Source: Octopus sinensis
Taxonomy: Eukaryota
Direction of reading: 5' to 3'
Assembly: GCF_006345805.1 (NCBI RefSeq)
Contig: NC_043020.1
Coordinates: forward strand, 4,650,001-4,714,000
Length of the DNA: 64,000 nucleotides
Position 1 is the first letter of the stretch; each line of letters opens with the position of its first letter. Position numbers and translations under genes: made by a program. Below are positions 48,925 through 63,468 of this stretch, piece by piece. The notes under the pieces were generated by a model. It was not told the origin of the DNA. It did not search any database and was given only the letters and a program-made list of their open reading frames with translations.

Positions 48925-50796
48925 TTTTTTCCTTCTTTCTTCAAATTTTCTTCCGTTTCTCGCCGAGTGTTTTCCATACACCTAGGGCAGAGAAGCTCAT
49001 TGCATGCATTCCCAGATTACACACGCAAATTCACAGATAAATATGTATTTAAAAATTAATAAATAAATAAATTCATGGATGGATGTTGTTTTCACAGCCA
49101 TAATGCTCTTCTCAGTACATGAGCCGTTCCAGAAATACGATTTTTTGCACTTCCTGTAGGGATGGTAAGCTTGGAATCATTTTCAAATAGGTTTCAGTAC
49201 CTTTTTTTATCATTCCTAGAGATCCTACAATCACTGGTACTGTAGTCGCCTTGAGATGCCACATTTTTTCAATTTCTATTAGCAGGTCTTTATATTTACT
49301 AATCTTGTCAAATTCTTTCGCTGTTATATTGTGATCGCAAGGGATACTCATGTCAATTAATAAACACATCTTTTTTGTCTGATCTTTTATAATAATATCC
49401 GGTTTATTAGCTTTTATAATCTTGTCGGTCTGTACGGGGAAGACCCATAGAATCGACACATTTTCTCCCTCAGTCACAGCTTCAGGATGGTGTTTATACC
49501 ATTTGTCAGCGGTTTTGATTTTATAATACCAACATATTCTCTAATGTAAATACTGGCCGACTCCGTCATGTCTTGCTTTATATTCTGCAGGTTTTAAGAC
49601 TCTAAACCCTGAGATTAGGTGGTCTATTGTTTCAATCTCATCGTTACAGAATCGGCATTTTGGGTCAGCTCCATTTTTTATCACATTGATTTGGTAGTTC
49701 CGGGTTAATAAGCTTTGGTCTTGAGCAGCTAATATGAAACATTCACTCTCTGTTTTTAGCCCTGAGCTTCGTAACCATTGGTGCGTGTGTTTCTGGTGGA
49801 CATCAGTTTGTTTGCTACGGGCCACATACTTGCCACGGAGAGGTTTCTGTTCCCATCTGCTAGCTAAATTTTCATGTGCTTTTGTCTTTGCAATTAATTT
49901 TATTTTCTTTACAGCTGCAGTTGGCGCATTTCCTTCAACCTGATCAATTTGGTGGGTATCTAAGAGATCAGCAGCGAATTTTGTGCTCTCTTTGAGAATA
50001 GAATGAAGTCTTTTCAGTCTTTCATGTTTTTCAACAAGTTTTAGCATCCAATCGTTGGTTGCTTCAATGTATTTGGCCAGTCCGATTGTGGTGGTTTTGT
50101 ATGTAAGTTCAAGCTGGATCAAACCTCGACCTCCCTGACCTCTGGGAAGGTAAAGGCGATCCACGTCTTCCTTTGGATGGTGCATCTTATTACAAGTCAG
50201 TAGCTGCGGATTTTTCTGTCAATTTTCATTATTTCACTGGTATTCCAGTTAAGCACATTGAAACTATAAAGAACAACTGGTACTGCTAAGGAATTTATGG
50301 CTAACACCTTATTATATGCATTCAGCTCAGACTCCAGGACTGCCCGAACTCTTCTATAACATTCCTTCCTACCCTTCTCTTTCATGTTTGCATGCTGGAT
50401 ACCAGAGCCTTCATTTATTCCTAGGTATTTATAGGTTTGTTCCTGCTCAAGTTCCTTTATTACTGTTTCGACATCTAATTCCATTGAACTAGACTTTACC
50501 AATTTCCCTTTCTTAAAAGTGGCTTTGGCACACTTTTCAAGGCCAAACTCCATCCCGATATCATCACCGAATCTTTTCACGGTATGTAATAATCCTTTAA
50601 GCTCTTCATCATTTTTGCCATATAGCTTTAAATCATCCATATAAAATAGATGGCTTATTTTCCTGTTGTCAATTTTGTAGCCATATCCTGTTCTATTCAG
50701 TTCACTTGCGTGTCAATTTTGTAGCCATATCTTGTTCTATTCAGTTCACTTGCGTGTCAATTTTGTAGCCATAACCTGTTCTATTCAGTTCACTTG
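48925..50796 (-). mobile_element. 5'-truncated R4/Dong-like LINE
   Basis: MDDLKLY RT end, CRFC...HLIS zinc finger, NKPDII...IDMSIP RLE; flanked by (AGT/ATT)n and (ATT)n. Confidence 0.85.
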
Positions 50797-50819
50797 AATT
50801 ATTATTATTATCATTATTC

Positions 50820-53800
50820 AGTAGTTTTATTTTTATAGCGTGCTTTCACTTCACTACCGAGCGCAGCTCTGTTTGCCTTTGGTATGTGCTGTGATTTGTT
50901 GTGATGCTCTGATGGTTATTGTATGGAAAGTGTTATGCGTAGGATGTGTGCAGTGCCTAGTAGTGCAATTTTCTGTATGTTATATGTGTTTGTAAGTCCT
51001 GGTGTTTTTGTTATGCATTTGTCTGAATATTTTTTTATCATGCCTAATGCACCTACTATTATAGGAATTGTTTCTGTTTTCAGATTCCACATCCTAGTTA
51101 CCTCTATTTCCAGGTCTTTGTATTTTGAGAGTTTCTCCATTTCTTTTAGAGACACGTTGTCATCAGCCGGTATTGATACATCAATTAGAAAGCATTTTTT
51201 TTCTTCATGGTCTCTGACAACTATATCTGGTCTGTTGGCCTCAATTTCTCTATCTGTGTGTATCGGCATATCCCAGAGTATGGTTGCTTTCTCGTTTTCT
51301 GTAACCTTTTCTGGTGTGTGCCTATACCATCTTTTTTCTGTTGTTATTCTATAATGTTGGCATAGCTTCCAATGTATGTTGGTTCCAACTCTGTCATGTC
51401 TGTGAATATATTCCTTCTTAGCCAGGACTGGGCAGCTAGAGATAATATGATTTATTGTTTCTTGTCCATCTCCACATATTCTGCAGCTACTTGTAATATT
51501 TCTTTTCATTACATGTTTTTGGTAATTTCTGGTGGGGAGGCTTTGGTCTTGTGCTGCAATTAAAAATCCCTCTGTTCCTGCTTTGAGTCCTGAGCTTCTG
51601 AACCATTGCTGGGATTTTTCTTTGTCTATTTCTTTTGCGTTTAGTTTAGTCCAGTATTTACCATGAAGGGGCTTTTCTTGCCATCGTTTTATCATGGTTC
51701 GTTGCTGTTCTATTTTTAGTTTGGATTTCATTTGTTTTATAGCTTTTGTTGTTTCTTCATCTTCTTCTTCTTCTTCATGTTTATTAGGTGGTATGATTTC
51801 TTGTTTGTATTTGTCAGCTTCCTTAAATGCTGAGAACAGTTTTTTGTTTTGCTCGTGTTTTGCCGCTATCTGGATCAGTTTTCCTTCCTTCTGAAGTAGA
51901 TATTTTTGCAGTCCTATGGTGGTTATTTTATAGTAGTTTTCCAGCTGTATAAGGCCTCTACCACCTTCTATACGTTGTATATATAGTCTTTCTATGTCAG
52001 ATTTTGGGTGATGCATCCTAGATCCTGTCATTATTTTTCTTGTTTTCCTATCTATTTTGGTCAGTTCATTTCGTGTACAGTTAAGGATATTGTAGCTGTA
52101 ACTTATAACTGGGACAGCTAAAGTGTTGATACCTATTATCTTGTTTTTAGCATTGAGCTCTGTGTTTAGTATTGATCTAACTCGTCTATAATATTCTTTT
52201 TTTATTTTCTCTTTCATTTGTGTGTGTTGTGTCTTATCTAGTTCATGGATTCCTAAGTATTTGTAAGTTTGGCTTTGGTCTAATTCTTTTATTTCATTGG
52301 TTTTATCTAGTGTGATGTTGTTACTCTTAACTAGTTTTCCTCTTTTCATGGTTACTTTGGCGCATTTTTCTAATCCAAATTTCATATCTATTTCTTTGGT
52401 AAATCCATGAACTGTCTTTAATAGTGTTTCCAGCTGTTTGTCATTTGCAGCGTATAGTTTTAGGTCATCCATATATAAAAGGTGGCTGATCGTTTTGCCG
52501 TAACATTTATATCCGCATCCAGTTCTATTTAGCATATCAGATAGAGGTGACAGTGCCAAGCAGAAAAGGAGTGGAGAGAGCGTGTCTCCCTGGAATATTC
52601 CTCTTCTAATGGGGATGTCTTTGGTTTTCATGAGTCCCTCTTTTGTTTGGGGGTGTAGGACTGTTTGCCATTTATTCATAGAGTGCTCTATGAATTTTGT
52701 GATTGTTGGTGCTACTTTGTTAATGGCTAGTGTTTCGAGGATCCATGTGTGGGGGATGCTATCAAACGCCTTTTTGTAGTCAATCCAGGCCATACTGAGG
52801 CCTTTCTTCTTTCTGTGGCTGTCTTCAGTTATGGCTTTATTAATCATTAGTTGATCTTTACAGCCATATGAGCCTTTGCGGCATCCTTTCTGCTCTTCTG
52901 GGAACAGTTTGTTTTCGTCCAGGTGCTTGTTCAGCCTTTGTGATATCACTGCAGTAAATGCCTTGAACATAGTAGGGAGGCAGGTTATTGGTCTGTAGTT
53001 TTCTGGTTTTTTCTGTTTCATTTGATTTGGGAATTAAGATGGTTTTCCCCTTCGTGAGCCATTCAGGCATTGTCTCTGGCTATGCTAGTACGTTGTTAAA
53101 GTTTTCAGCCAGCTTTTTGTGCATTCCTGTTAGATATTTCAACCAGAAGTTGGGGGATCTTGTCATGCCCAGGTGCCTTCCAGTTGCTTAGTCTTTGCAG
53201 TGCCTGGGTGACCTCTTCAGTTGTTATGGGGTCCAAAGTTGTTCAGATGCCGAGTTTGTTATTTTGATACTCCTTTTTTTTTGGTGGTTCGTTCGCCAAC
53301 CATATTTCTCCCCAGAATTCTTCCAATTCTTCTGCCGTTGGTGCTGCAGTGACTTCTATTTTATTTTTGCCCAGTTCTTGGTAGAACTTTTTGGGGTTGG
53401 AGTTGAACTTTTTGTTTCCTTCAAAGAAGCGTTGGCGTTTCTTGTACCGGCGGATCCTTTGTGCTTTGGCAAGGATATCTTGCTTCAGCTTTTCTTTCAT
53501 TTCAGGCAAATCTTTCTCTGTGATGTTATATTTGCGGAGTATTTTTGTTCTCTTTTTGTTGCTCAGTAGCGTTGATTGTTTGCTGATTTCATTAAGAATC
53601 GACAGGTCTTTTCTACTTTTTTTTATTTTACTTTGGATGTTATTTATCCACAGGGTTTGTTTGGGTGGTGGTACTCCTGTTTGGGCGGGTTTGGGTGAGT
53701 ATCCAGCTTCTTATGTGGCTGCAGTGGCTGCTGCGTATATTAGGTTATTTAGCTCAGTGATATCACTTTTTTTTTATTCAGTGGCTATCAGTTCAGTGAC

Positions 53801-54049
53801 GGCTAGGTTTATGCTGTTTATAATAGGTGTTGTTATTTCGTTTATTTTGATTCTTGGGAGGTATGGTTGGTGGTCCATTTTGAGCTCTGTGGTTTTCAGT
53901 TCTTTGATTATTTTATTTTTTATATTATCATAATCATTAGGCTCCCCTTCGTTGTTTACATCGTGTTTGTTGGGAATGTTGCGTTTGTCTTCGTGTTTTA
54001 CAATTTCAGTGTTTATATTATTGGGCATTGTTGTGTGGCTGCTATCTAC

Positions 54050-54050
<1 letters not shown>
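50820..54050 (-). mobile_element. 5'-truncated, partly decayed R4/Dong-like LINE (701-aa RT-RLE ORF 50916-53021)
   Basis: YMDDLKLY, CRIC...HIISSC, RHD, NRPDIVV...IDVSIP; (ATT)n on both sides. Confidence 0.85.
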
Positions 54051-54140
<90 letters not shown>

Positions 54141-54672
54141 TATTATTATTATTGAGTGAGAGAGCAGTTCATGCCATCAAAGTGACACTGGGGTAAAATA
54201 TACGAAGCCCAGTATACCCATCATGACTACCCATCTGATAAGGGTAAACCAGGCACATGCATCACAACCATATGTGCGCGACATGGTGATCTCATATCAA
54301 GGTAAACAGCGCATGACCTTGCAGGTGGGGCCCAGTTAGAATTTTCTTCAGGTCGAGTAGCCCATCCCGCTCAAAAGGTCCCTGAATAAGGGTTGTTTAA
54401 GGATGTTGAAAGAACCACCCATGTTTCCATAGGTGAATTATTCAAACCCCAAAGAATCCCTCTCAACACATGGCTATGATGCTCCCCCACTACTTCTGCT
54501 CGTGATCAGAGATGCACATATCGTCAGCCACTAAGGGACATGCTCAACTGGTTAAGGTCAAGCAACTGACAAGCAAATCTGTGGTATTGAGCAGAATATT
54601 TGCTGTAGCCCATCTTTTATACCAAGACAAAACAATGTACATGATAACACTTCCAATCAGTTAAGATCAGAA

Positions 54673-54727
<55 letters not shown>

Positions 54728-55219
54728 CCTGCCAGGGTGAAAAGTTTCGATTCTTCAGACATGAACACAAAAAGTGGGGAAGTCAGAAGGGAAAGCGAAT
54801 AAAAATTGCTTTAATTTCTGACTCACCCCCGTATATACAACGGGCTTCAATACAGTTTCCACCAACCAAGCTCATTTCAAAAGTATAGAAGGTATTTGCT
54901 CAGGGTGTCGCCTAGTAGAACCCGATATAAAACAGTGCGTTTGTAGAATTTATAATGCTGTGATGTACGTTAAATAAATCTGTAGATTTAAGCCGGCATT
55001 GCGTGTGCGAATTAATTTCATATACAACATCATTGTAGATATTGTCGTTACACAGTTTCATCTGGACGCAGAAAGAGGGCACGGCTGGACTGGTTTCAGT
55101 CCTCGTGTTCTCTTCAGCAAACCATTATTGTTCTTTAACTGCGCATGAATAAAGAAGTTATTTATCGCTGCTATTGTTGGTGACAAAATTAAATTGAAGA
55201 TCTTGATTGATTCACTGAC

Positions 55220-55227
55220 AGACAGAT

Positions 55228-55310
<83 letters not shown>

Positions 55311-55398
55311 CAGATACATACATACATACATACATACCTACATACATACATACATACATATATACATACATACATACATACATACATGTATACATACA

Positions 55399-55432
<34 letters not shown>

Positions 55433-55494
55433 CATACATACATATATACATACATACATACATACATACATACATACATACCTACATACCTACA

Positions 55495-55528
<34 letters not shown>

Positions 55529-55610
55529 CATACATACATACATACATGCATATATACATACATACATGCATACATACATACAGACAGACAGACAGACAGA
55601 CAGACATACA
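55220..55610. repeat. (ATAG)n-(ATAC)n tetranucleotide microsatellite
   Basis: Direct reading. Confidence 0.95.
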
Positions 55611-56199
55611 TGCATATATACATTATTTAATAACTGTATGATTCGGTTCCCGAGAGCTAGATTCGTTTTTTCGAACCAATGAAATTTTGAGTTGCGTGCA
55701 GCTGAATCGAAGTGTCTTAAGTAATGTTATATCCAACTCCTAGCAAATGTCTTGAGTGCCCCCTTCTCGTTTACTCACTTACTCGTATATACATGCACAC
55801 ACACACACACTCTCACACACACATATATATATGTATGTATGTATATATATATGTATATATGTATGTGTATATATATATGAAAAAAAGTCAAGATAAAAAA
55901 TGCTAAAATAATTTTATAAAAAGCATTTCAGTACCGGTTTCAGTCATTGCGACTTTTTCAACTGCAACAATTAAATAATTAAATTTAGAAAAATTAAAAG
56001 AAATGATTTTTTAAAAGAATATTTGTATAATGTTCAAATACAAGTGGCATTTTCTTGGTTTCTGCCTGTCTCTGTCTCTCTTGTTTACTCTTGTGGGTTC
56101 GAGGTCGTTGTTTTTTTATAAAATTATTTTAGCATTTTCTATCTTGAGTTTTTTTCCATATATATCAACACGTGTGTTCCTTTTCATCCTTATACATAC

Positions 56200-56246
<47 letters not shown>

Positions 56247-56399
56247 AACACACATGCAAGCGTATTTACGTGCGTATATAATCATTCATACACACATACA
56301 TACATTGCAATCCAAGAATCGGAGATTGCTACAAATTACCTAATAAAGAAGAGACATCGAAATCATTGGAGCTCCAAGAAGCAACCGAAAACGACGATT

Positions 56400-56880
56400 G
56401 CGTCACATTTCTGTGGAAGCCATCAGCCACGTAATCAGCGTCCCACTGTGACATGGTGCTTTTGCTAAAGCAATATACAATGACATCGGGAAACACGATT
56501 GTCACTGAGTAGAAACACTAACACAAGGATTATTTGTGGAGCATTCCAATGAAAACTTCTGTCAAGGGCAAATAACAGACCGTGAAACGTTGTGGACGAC
56601 AAGAGGATGGATGTACCATCAAAGAGATCAGCCGTTCTGCTGATGCGAATATCTCTTTGGAAAGCGAGAAGACAGAGGATAGGTGTACAGGTAACAATTT
56701 CGAAGCCTCCAGCTTCTATATGCAGATTATAAATTCATAATTATTCCAATAATAACTGGCGCCCTTGGTTCTGTGAGTAAATACTTCAGTGATAATATGG
56801 AAGAGGTGAGCTTTTCAGAAAAAACAAGTCAACCAGCTGACACGAATATCGCGAATCCAATCTACAAGACTTTACTCAAG
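56400..56880 (+). pseudogene. Highly decayed RLE-LINE C-terminal fragment
   Basis: PIITGALGSVSKYF motif near 56745. Confidence 0.4.
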
Positions 56881-57175
56881 ATTATCGAGTTACATTGTTT
56901 TTATTTAGATTCCAACGACAGAGCTTCGTAGCTTTGTTAGAAACCAGCTCCTTCTTTACAGTAAATAACCTCAAATAACTAGAAATACATACATACATAC
57001 ATACACACATACATATATAGAAACTTCCATACATATATATATAACTGCAATTTTCTTTCAAAACACATAGAGAGCGTAGAAGTTGAACCTTATGCGTTAG
57101 CTAATTATAATGGATACAATAGAAAATGTTCAAATCGGGCAAACTACGCTTAACACACACACACACACACACACA

Positions 57176-57216
<41 letters not shown>

Positions 57217-57311
57217 CAAAATTCTTTAATCTTCGGATTTTTTAAATATGTTAATTTAATTGATTAATATCTCTGGTTTTAAGTGATTAATATCAATCTC
57301 TACCCTTATTA

Positions 57312-57387
<76 letters not shown>

Positions 57388-57472
57388 TATAAAATACAAA
57401 ATGGGACAAGAACGCAAAATATCCAGAAGACGATACAAAAACCACGGACGGGTCATTGGAAGCCATTAATCT

Positions 57473-57687
57473 TCAGTCAAGAACCGGATCATCCTCATAA
57501 TTTCGGCTGATTAATCTTGAGATTGCCCCAATCTGGCCAGCCCATCGTCCGTTTTTCCGTATACATTCGAAGCTTTTTTCCAAGGAATCTAATGCTCTTA
57601 GCTTAGTTTTTCCTTGGGGCTGGCCAGATTGGAGCAATCTGAAGATTAATCAGCCGAAATTGCGAGGATGATCCTGTTCTTGACTGA
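57473..57687. repeat. ~72-bp inverted repeat with a ~70-bp spacer
   Basis: TCAGTCAAGAAC...TCTGGCCAGCCC versus GGGGCTGGCCAGA...GTTCTTGACTGA. Confidence 0.9.
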
Positions 57688-58198
57688 CCCTGAACTGAAC
57701 GCATATCTAACGTAAACATCCTTTTTTCCCTGATGAAGGAGACGTTCTTTGAAAATGAATCTTCGGATTAATTTGTTATTTGGATTTGCCTGATTTGAAC
57801 TGTTTCTATCGTGTATATATATATACACATCCAAACATGCACATACAGATAACGTGATGGATAAAATAAATTGATTTTATTTACCTGTCGGTATGCCATC
57901 TTCACAGCCTGTATATAAATCCTTCACTCTTATGATAAACTTTTTTTATCAGTAAATATTACTCCACAGAAATTACTGGTTACTGTCGTAGGAAACCTGG
58001 GAGTATCCGTGTGTACACTCACACACATACACAGATAAACATGTGTGTGTGTGTGTGTGTGTGTGTGTAGGGACAGAGAGAGAAAAATGCGTCTGTATTT
58101 AGCTGTTGGTGTCTAACAGTAATAAATAACACTCACACACTCACACACACCACACACACACACATACACCACACACACACACACCACACACACACTCA

Positions 58199-58237
<39 letters not shown>

Positions 58238-58859
58238 ACACACACACCACACACACACACATATATATATATATTATGAAGCGTATAGAAAGCAATTATC
58301 TGCTTTAATATTTTTGGGTGCGGTGAGCTTTTTAACCCACTCCCTGCTTTTGTCCACCCAACTTTTCGGTCTGGTAAACCCAAATACATGTCAAACAATT
58401 GTATCGATATTCTTGACTAAGAACACCCCCCAAAACTGGTTTCTGGCTAAGTAAGAAACCTTCCTTGGTAAAATCCTGTCGACAGTGCAGTATTTGTTGG
58501 GTGAATAAGCAGTGAAATACTCGGCTTCATCGAACGGATTAACCCTTCTTGCCAAATGTCTGGTGTTCTACTTGAATCAGAAACAATATTTATTATTGAC
58601 GTCGTTGTTGTTATTTGTTTTTGTTTTTGCTTTTTCCTGTTGTTTTACTTATTCTTATTGTCGCGATTATCTGTCTGTATTGAAAGGTTTTAAATTCGAT
58701 AATGAAAATCGTGCATGGGTACACCGGTTGTGTCACAACTACTGCAACTATTGTCGTTATTGTTCTTTCCCTTATTTGTAGTAGCAGCAGCAGTAGTAGC
58801 AGTAGCAGTAGCAGTAGCTGCAGCAGTAGTAGTAGTAGTAGTAGTAGTAGTAATTTAAT

Positions 58860-61790
58860 TTTTTGGCTCAAAAAGCAAAAAGCAAGGCCGTGTAGGGAGA
58901 CATTGAGTAATGTACAGGGTGGTGTTCATGCAAAGAGTTCAGGCCATTTCTGGTCAAGGGAGACTTTGAACTGAGCGGTCGTCGGCATCTTCACCATCTC
59001 GTCCGGCAGCTTATTCCACGGATCCGCAACCCGGACGGAAAAAGCCCCTCTCCTTCGATTGAGATGAAATCGTCGCAGATAGACCTTTTCGGAATGACCC
59101 CGCAGCCGACGCTCTCGAGCAGGAGTGAAGAACAGCTCCTTCGAGAGGTTACACTTTCCGCTTATGATGTTGTGAGCAAGAATGAGATCACAAAGGCGTC
59201 GTCGTTTTTCTAGAGAATAAAGGTCGAGCGTCTTCAGCCTTTCTTCATAAGACAAATTCTTGAGACCAAGAACCATGCGGGTAGCCAGCTTCTGGACTCT
59301 TTCGAGATGCTATATGTCTTTGAGGAGATAAGGAGATGAGGCTTGAATCCCGTACTCCAATATGGGTCTCACCAGTGTGACATAGAGCGGTAGGAATATG
59401 GCTGCTGTGAGCATTCCGAATGACCGTCGAATCAAGAACAGAACTCCGCGTGCTTTGTTGGCAGCATGGACGCACTGGGCCGAAGGCGAAAAGGAGGAAT
59501 CCACTAAGATACCCAGGTCCTTTACCTGGTCGGTCCTCTCCAGCTGCAGACGACCCGGCTCGAAATCAAGTTGAGTTGCAGGAGGAGAGCCAACAAGCAG
59601 ATGACAGCACTTTGACACGTTCAGACACAGGTCCCAATCGTTAGACCATCTCCAAATTTGGTGGAGGCATCGATGAAGATCCTCTATGTCACCGCGAGGA
59701 GCAACCAGTTTGACATCGTCGGCAAATAGAAGGGTGTGTTGCGTGAGGTCGTCGGGCAAGTCATTTATGAAGACTAAGAACAATAAGGGCCCAAGCACTG
59801 AACCTTGAGGCACTCCACTGCTCGCACTGGAGACGTCGGACAGCGAACCATGAACTTGGACTTGGAAGGAGCGATCTGAGAGGAAGGCACCAACCCATCG
59901 TACAATATCCGGATGGAAACTATATGCTTGACGCTTGACAAGTAATAGGCGGTGGTTTACCGAGTCAAAAGCTTTGGCAAAGTCCAATAAAACGATGTCA
60001 ACAGCATCACTATCATCGAGGATGCGCGTCACCGATTCTTCCATTACCAGTAAGTTGGTCAAGCATGATCTCTTCGGCACGGAGTCGTGTTGTGAATCAG
60101 AGATAGAGGCTGTGTTTTGGAGGTGGAGCATCATACTTTTCTTAAGGATGGTTTCGAACATCTTGCTGATTATTGAAGTAAGGGAAACCGGTCGGTAGTT
60201 AAGCGGGTCTTCGCGGCTCCCTTTCTTGAAAATTGGGCAGATTATCGCTGTTCTCCAGTCCGCAGGTATAACACCCGTCGCCAATGACATATTGAATAGA
60301 CGTGTTAAGGGCTCGCAGATGACCGGAGCCAACGCTTTGATAACCCGTGGGTGTATGCCGTCAGGGCCGTGACCCTTGTTGACATCGAGGCCTTGAATAA
60401 AGCGTTCAACTTCGTCCCGCGTGATGACCAATCGAAGCATTGGAGGTACCGATCTATCAAATGGAGGGGGTTCACAACTATCATATTGTTTGAAAATAGT
60501 TGAAAAAGCCTCGGCAAATAATTGACTCTGTTGATAAGGGTCCTCAATCGATACGCCTGTTGAGTCTACCAACGTTGTAACTTGGTTGTTCAAGCGGGAA
60601 TTCCGTTGGACATGGGCAAAGAAGGTTTTTGGATTGCGACTGGCGTTTGCCCCGATTCTGTATTCATATCTGAAGCGTTCTTCCTTTTCAATTTTCACGG
60701 CTCGGTCTCGTTGAGTTTTGTACACCTCAAAAGCTGCAGTCAGTCAACCAGATTACATATACTTTGAGTGACGACCATAGTTCGTCAATTGAGGACAACG
60801 TCATCAGGGATCGCCAGTCCAGAAGCGCGGTTAGAATTTCAAGATTAATTGCAGAGAAGACTCTACGTGGCAGCGAAGTAGTCGTGGGCGTTGAAAAAGT
60901 TGTGTGCATGTCGAACTTCAGGACCGCGTGATCACTCTTGGCAAGAGGGGCGCACACAGATAAGCCTGACACTAATCTTGGATAGCTGGAGAATACCAGA
61001 TCCAGCATAGATGACTACTGCCCAGACCGATGCCTTGTCGGATATTCAACATGTTGCGATAGAAAACAATCTTCAGTTACGTCAAGAAGGGCCTGGCCGA
61101 ACCGGGAAGATGACGTACAAATTGATGCGGGCCAATCGATCGTGGGAGCGTTGAAGTCTCCTAATATCAAACAGTCATGAGAAGCTGAAACGAATCTTAT
61201 CGCTTCGAGTAAATGAGCATCGTCCTGGGGGTCGGCAAGAGGCGGCCTGTAGACAGCTAACACGGGCAGGCAACACCCGGATAGGCTCAGCTTGCAATAG
61301 ATGGCATCGAATTTTGTTGTAGGTTGAGGTTGAGCATTAGTGGGTAGAATACCGCTGGACGGTTTGAGATCAGATTTAACATACACAGAAACACCTCCAC
61401 CTCGCCTTTTTTCTCTGTCACATCTGAAGAGGGCGTAGCCCTGTAGGTGGATTTCCGAGTCCTTTACTGCTGGAGTCAGCCAAGTCTCGGTGATAGCTAT
61501 CACATCAGGGGAATCACGCATGGCCAGTGTAAATAGTTCGCTGAACTTTGGAAATAAGGAGCACGAGTTGGTATAGACGATGCTGAGCTGTGAAGTTTGA
61601 GGGGCGGGAATTGGGGAACAAGCAGAATAAGGGGTATCAGAGATAGCATCGTTGACAGGGGTATCTACTTTACTTCGATTCGCCCTCGATTCACTTTCCC
61701 TGTCAGCACTACAGCATGCGACCAGAGGTAGGACTTGATTATTTGTCCATCTTGGATGCGTAAACCCTTCTCTCCCATCTGCAGCAGCAG
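58860..61790 (-). mobile_element. CR1/L2-like LINE (APE plus RT), fragmented
   Basis: DVIAITETWL, GGGVSVYVK, GDFN; GVPQGSVLGPLLF, FADD; C-terminal FSVRVADPWNKLP; 3' end at (ACT/GCT)n. Confidence 0.85.
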
Positions 61791-61919
61791 CAGCAGCATT
61801 TAAAATGATTTAAAACAATTTAAACCTACAAACCAGTAAAGAAGTGTCGCCTTAGTCTGCTGGCTGGGGACAGTTGACACTTTCCATCATACCCAGTAAA
61901 ATAAGAAGAGAATTGTTAT

Positions 61920-61964
61920 CAAATGATGATGATGGTGATGATGATGGTGATGATGATGGTGATT

Positions 61965-62015
<51 letters not shown>
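61920..62015. repeat. (GAT)n microsatellite
   Basis: Direct reading. Confidence 0.9.
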
Positions 62016-62017
<2 letters not shown>

Positions 62018-62109
62018 GGGTTCTTCTCTCGAAGACGACGTACGAGCTTTCAGCTTTTCATCGAACGACTCTGCACTAATGATTTGTCTATAGTGATCAA
62101 ATGTATGTG

Positions 62110-62305
62110 ATGCACATTAGCTCCCTCTCCCTTCCATCAAATCGATGTTACCTGAACAGGTGCACGCGTGTCACGCGTCAGGTGTCGAGATGAGCGCAGA
62201 ACAAAGTGTAGTACTCAAGAACGCAACACACCACCCGGTCTAGGAATTGAAACGGCGATCACCAGGTCGTGACTGCAATACCTTAAACACTTGGCTATGT
62301 GTGCC
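62110..62305 (-). mobile_element. Degenerate tRNA-derived SINE
   Basis: Minus strand TAGCCAAGTG (A-box-like) and GTTTCAATTCC (B-box-like). Confidence 0.5.
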
Positions 62306-62324
62306 CTCATCATCATCATCATCA

Positions 62325-62546
62325 TTAGAGAAGAAGGAGGAGGAGGAGGGGAGGAAGAGGAGAAAAGGTAGACGACGAAGGAGGAGGAGAAGAAGAAGAA
62401 GAAGAAAAGAAGAAGAAGAGAAGAAGAAGGAGAGAGAGAAGAAGAAGAAGAAGAAGAAGAAGAAGACGAAGAAGAAGAAGAAGAAGAAGAAGAAGAAGAA
62501 GAAGAAAGAAGAAGAAGAAGAAGAGAAGAAGAAGAAGAAGAAGAAG
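62325..62546. repeat. (GAA)/(GGA)-rich polypurine microsatellite
   Basis: Direct reading. Confidence 0.9.
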
Positions 62547-63425
62547 CACATCTCGTTCAGAGATTTATTATTGCTTGTAGACAGTTTTTCGAAATCAGTG
62601 ACAGTGGTTACTGGGAAAAACATTAAATAGATATTCGCAAACAGGTCTCCCTTTATCAAAAACCGGTGATTATCGTACGTTGACAAGAGGCAAATACCTC
62701 GAAACTGCAGTCCGTAAATATCACTTAGGTTTATGAGAGAGGGATGACCTCGCTTTGCAAATACCATAAGGGCACAGAAAGTGTGCCTAAAGCCAGCTGG
62801 AGACGATGATCTCCCGGGGCTAAAAGCTACAGTAACACACACCCTTAGTGGTTAGCCATATTTAGATGGCTAGTATACTAGTCTACATCACTAGATGCAA
62901 ATGATGTTTCATCAGACTTCTCTCTTCGAGACAGATGTTTAAAGAGAGACTGTGTTCGGCCAGCGGCTGGATGGCAATTGACCCTTCACCCACCCTTTGA
63001 TAGGTTTCGTTTTATATTCTGCAGGGTATCCAATGAAAACTCTCTTTATCAGGCAGGCTTAGTAGGGTTTCCAGCTTCAGTGCCGACAGCCCGACGATGC
63101 GACAGATCGAACTGGGTTCTATGATACCAGTAACACTAAGAGTAACATAAATGCATAGATCACTCAGAGTTACATTTTACATTTTCCACTTTCGCTAATT
63201 TGAAGAGCTTTTCAGACACACAATATTTTGAACCTGTAAATGTAGTGATTTCAGAGGATTTCTTTGTAATCTAGATGTTTAGAACCAGTTTCATTCATAA
63301 CAGTTCAAATATTTTTTCACAGAATATAATGTAATTTGGTATCGTTACGAAATTATCTACATTCATTTATGTAAGTATGGATGGAAATGTGTAGTTATGT
63401 ATATATATATATATATATAATATAT

Positions 63426-63468
<43 letters not shown>

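Noticed and set aside
58440-58575. Short open minus-strand segment (RTPDIWQEGLIRS...) as a host exon
   Set aside because: Weak splice signals and no recognisable homology
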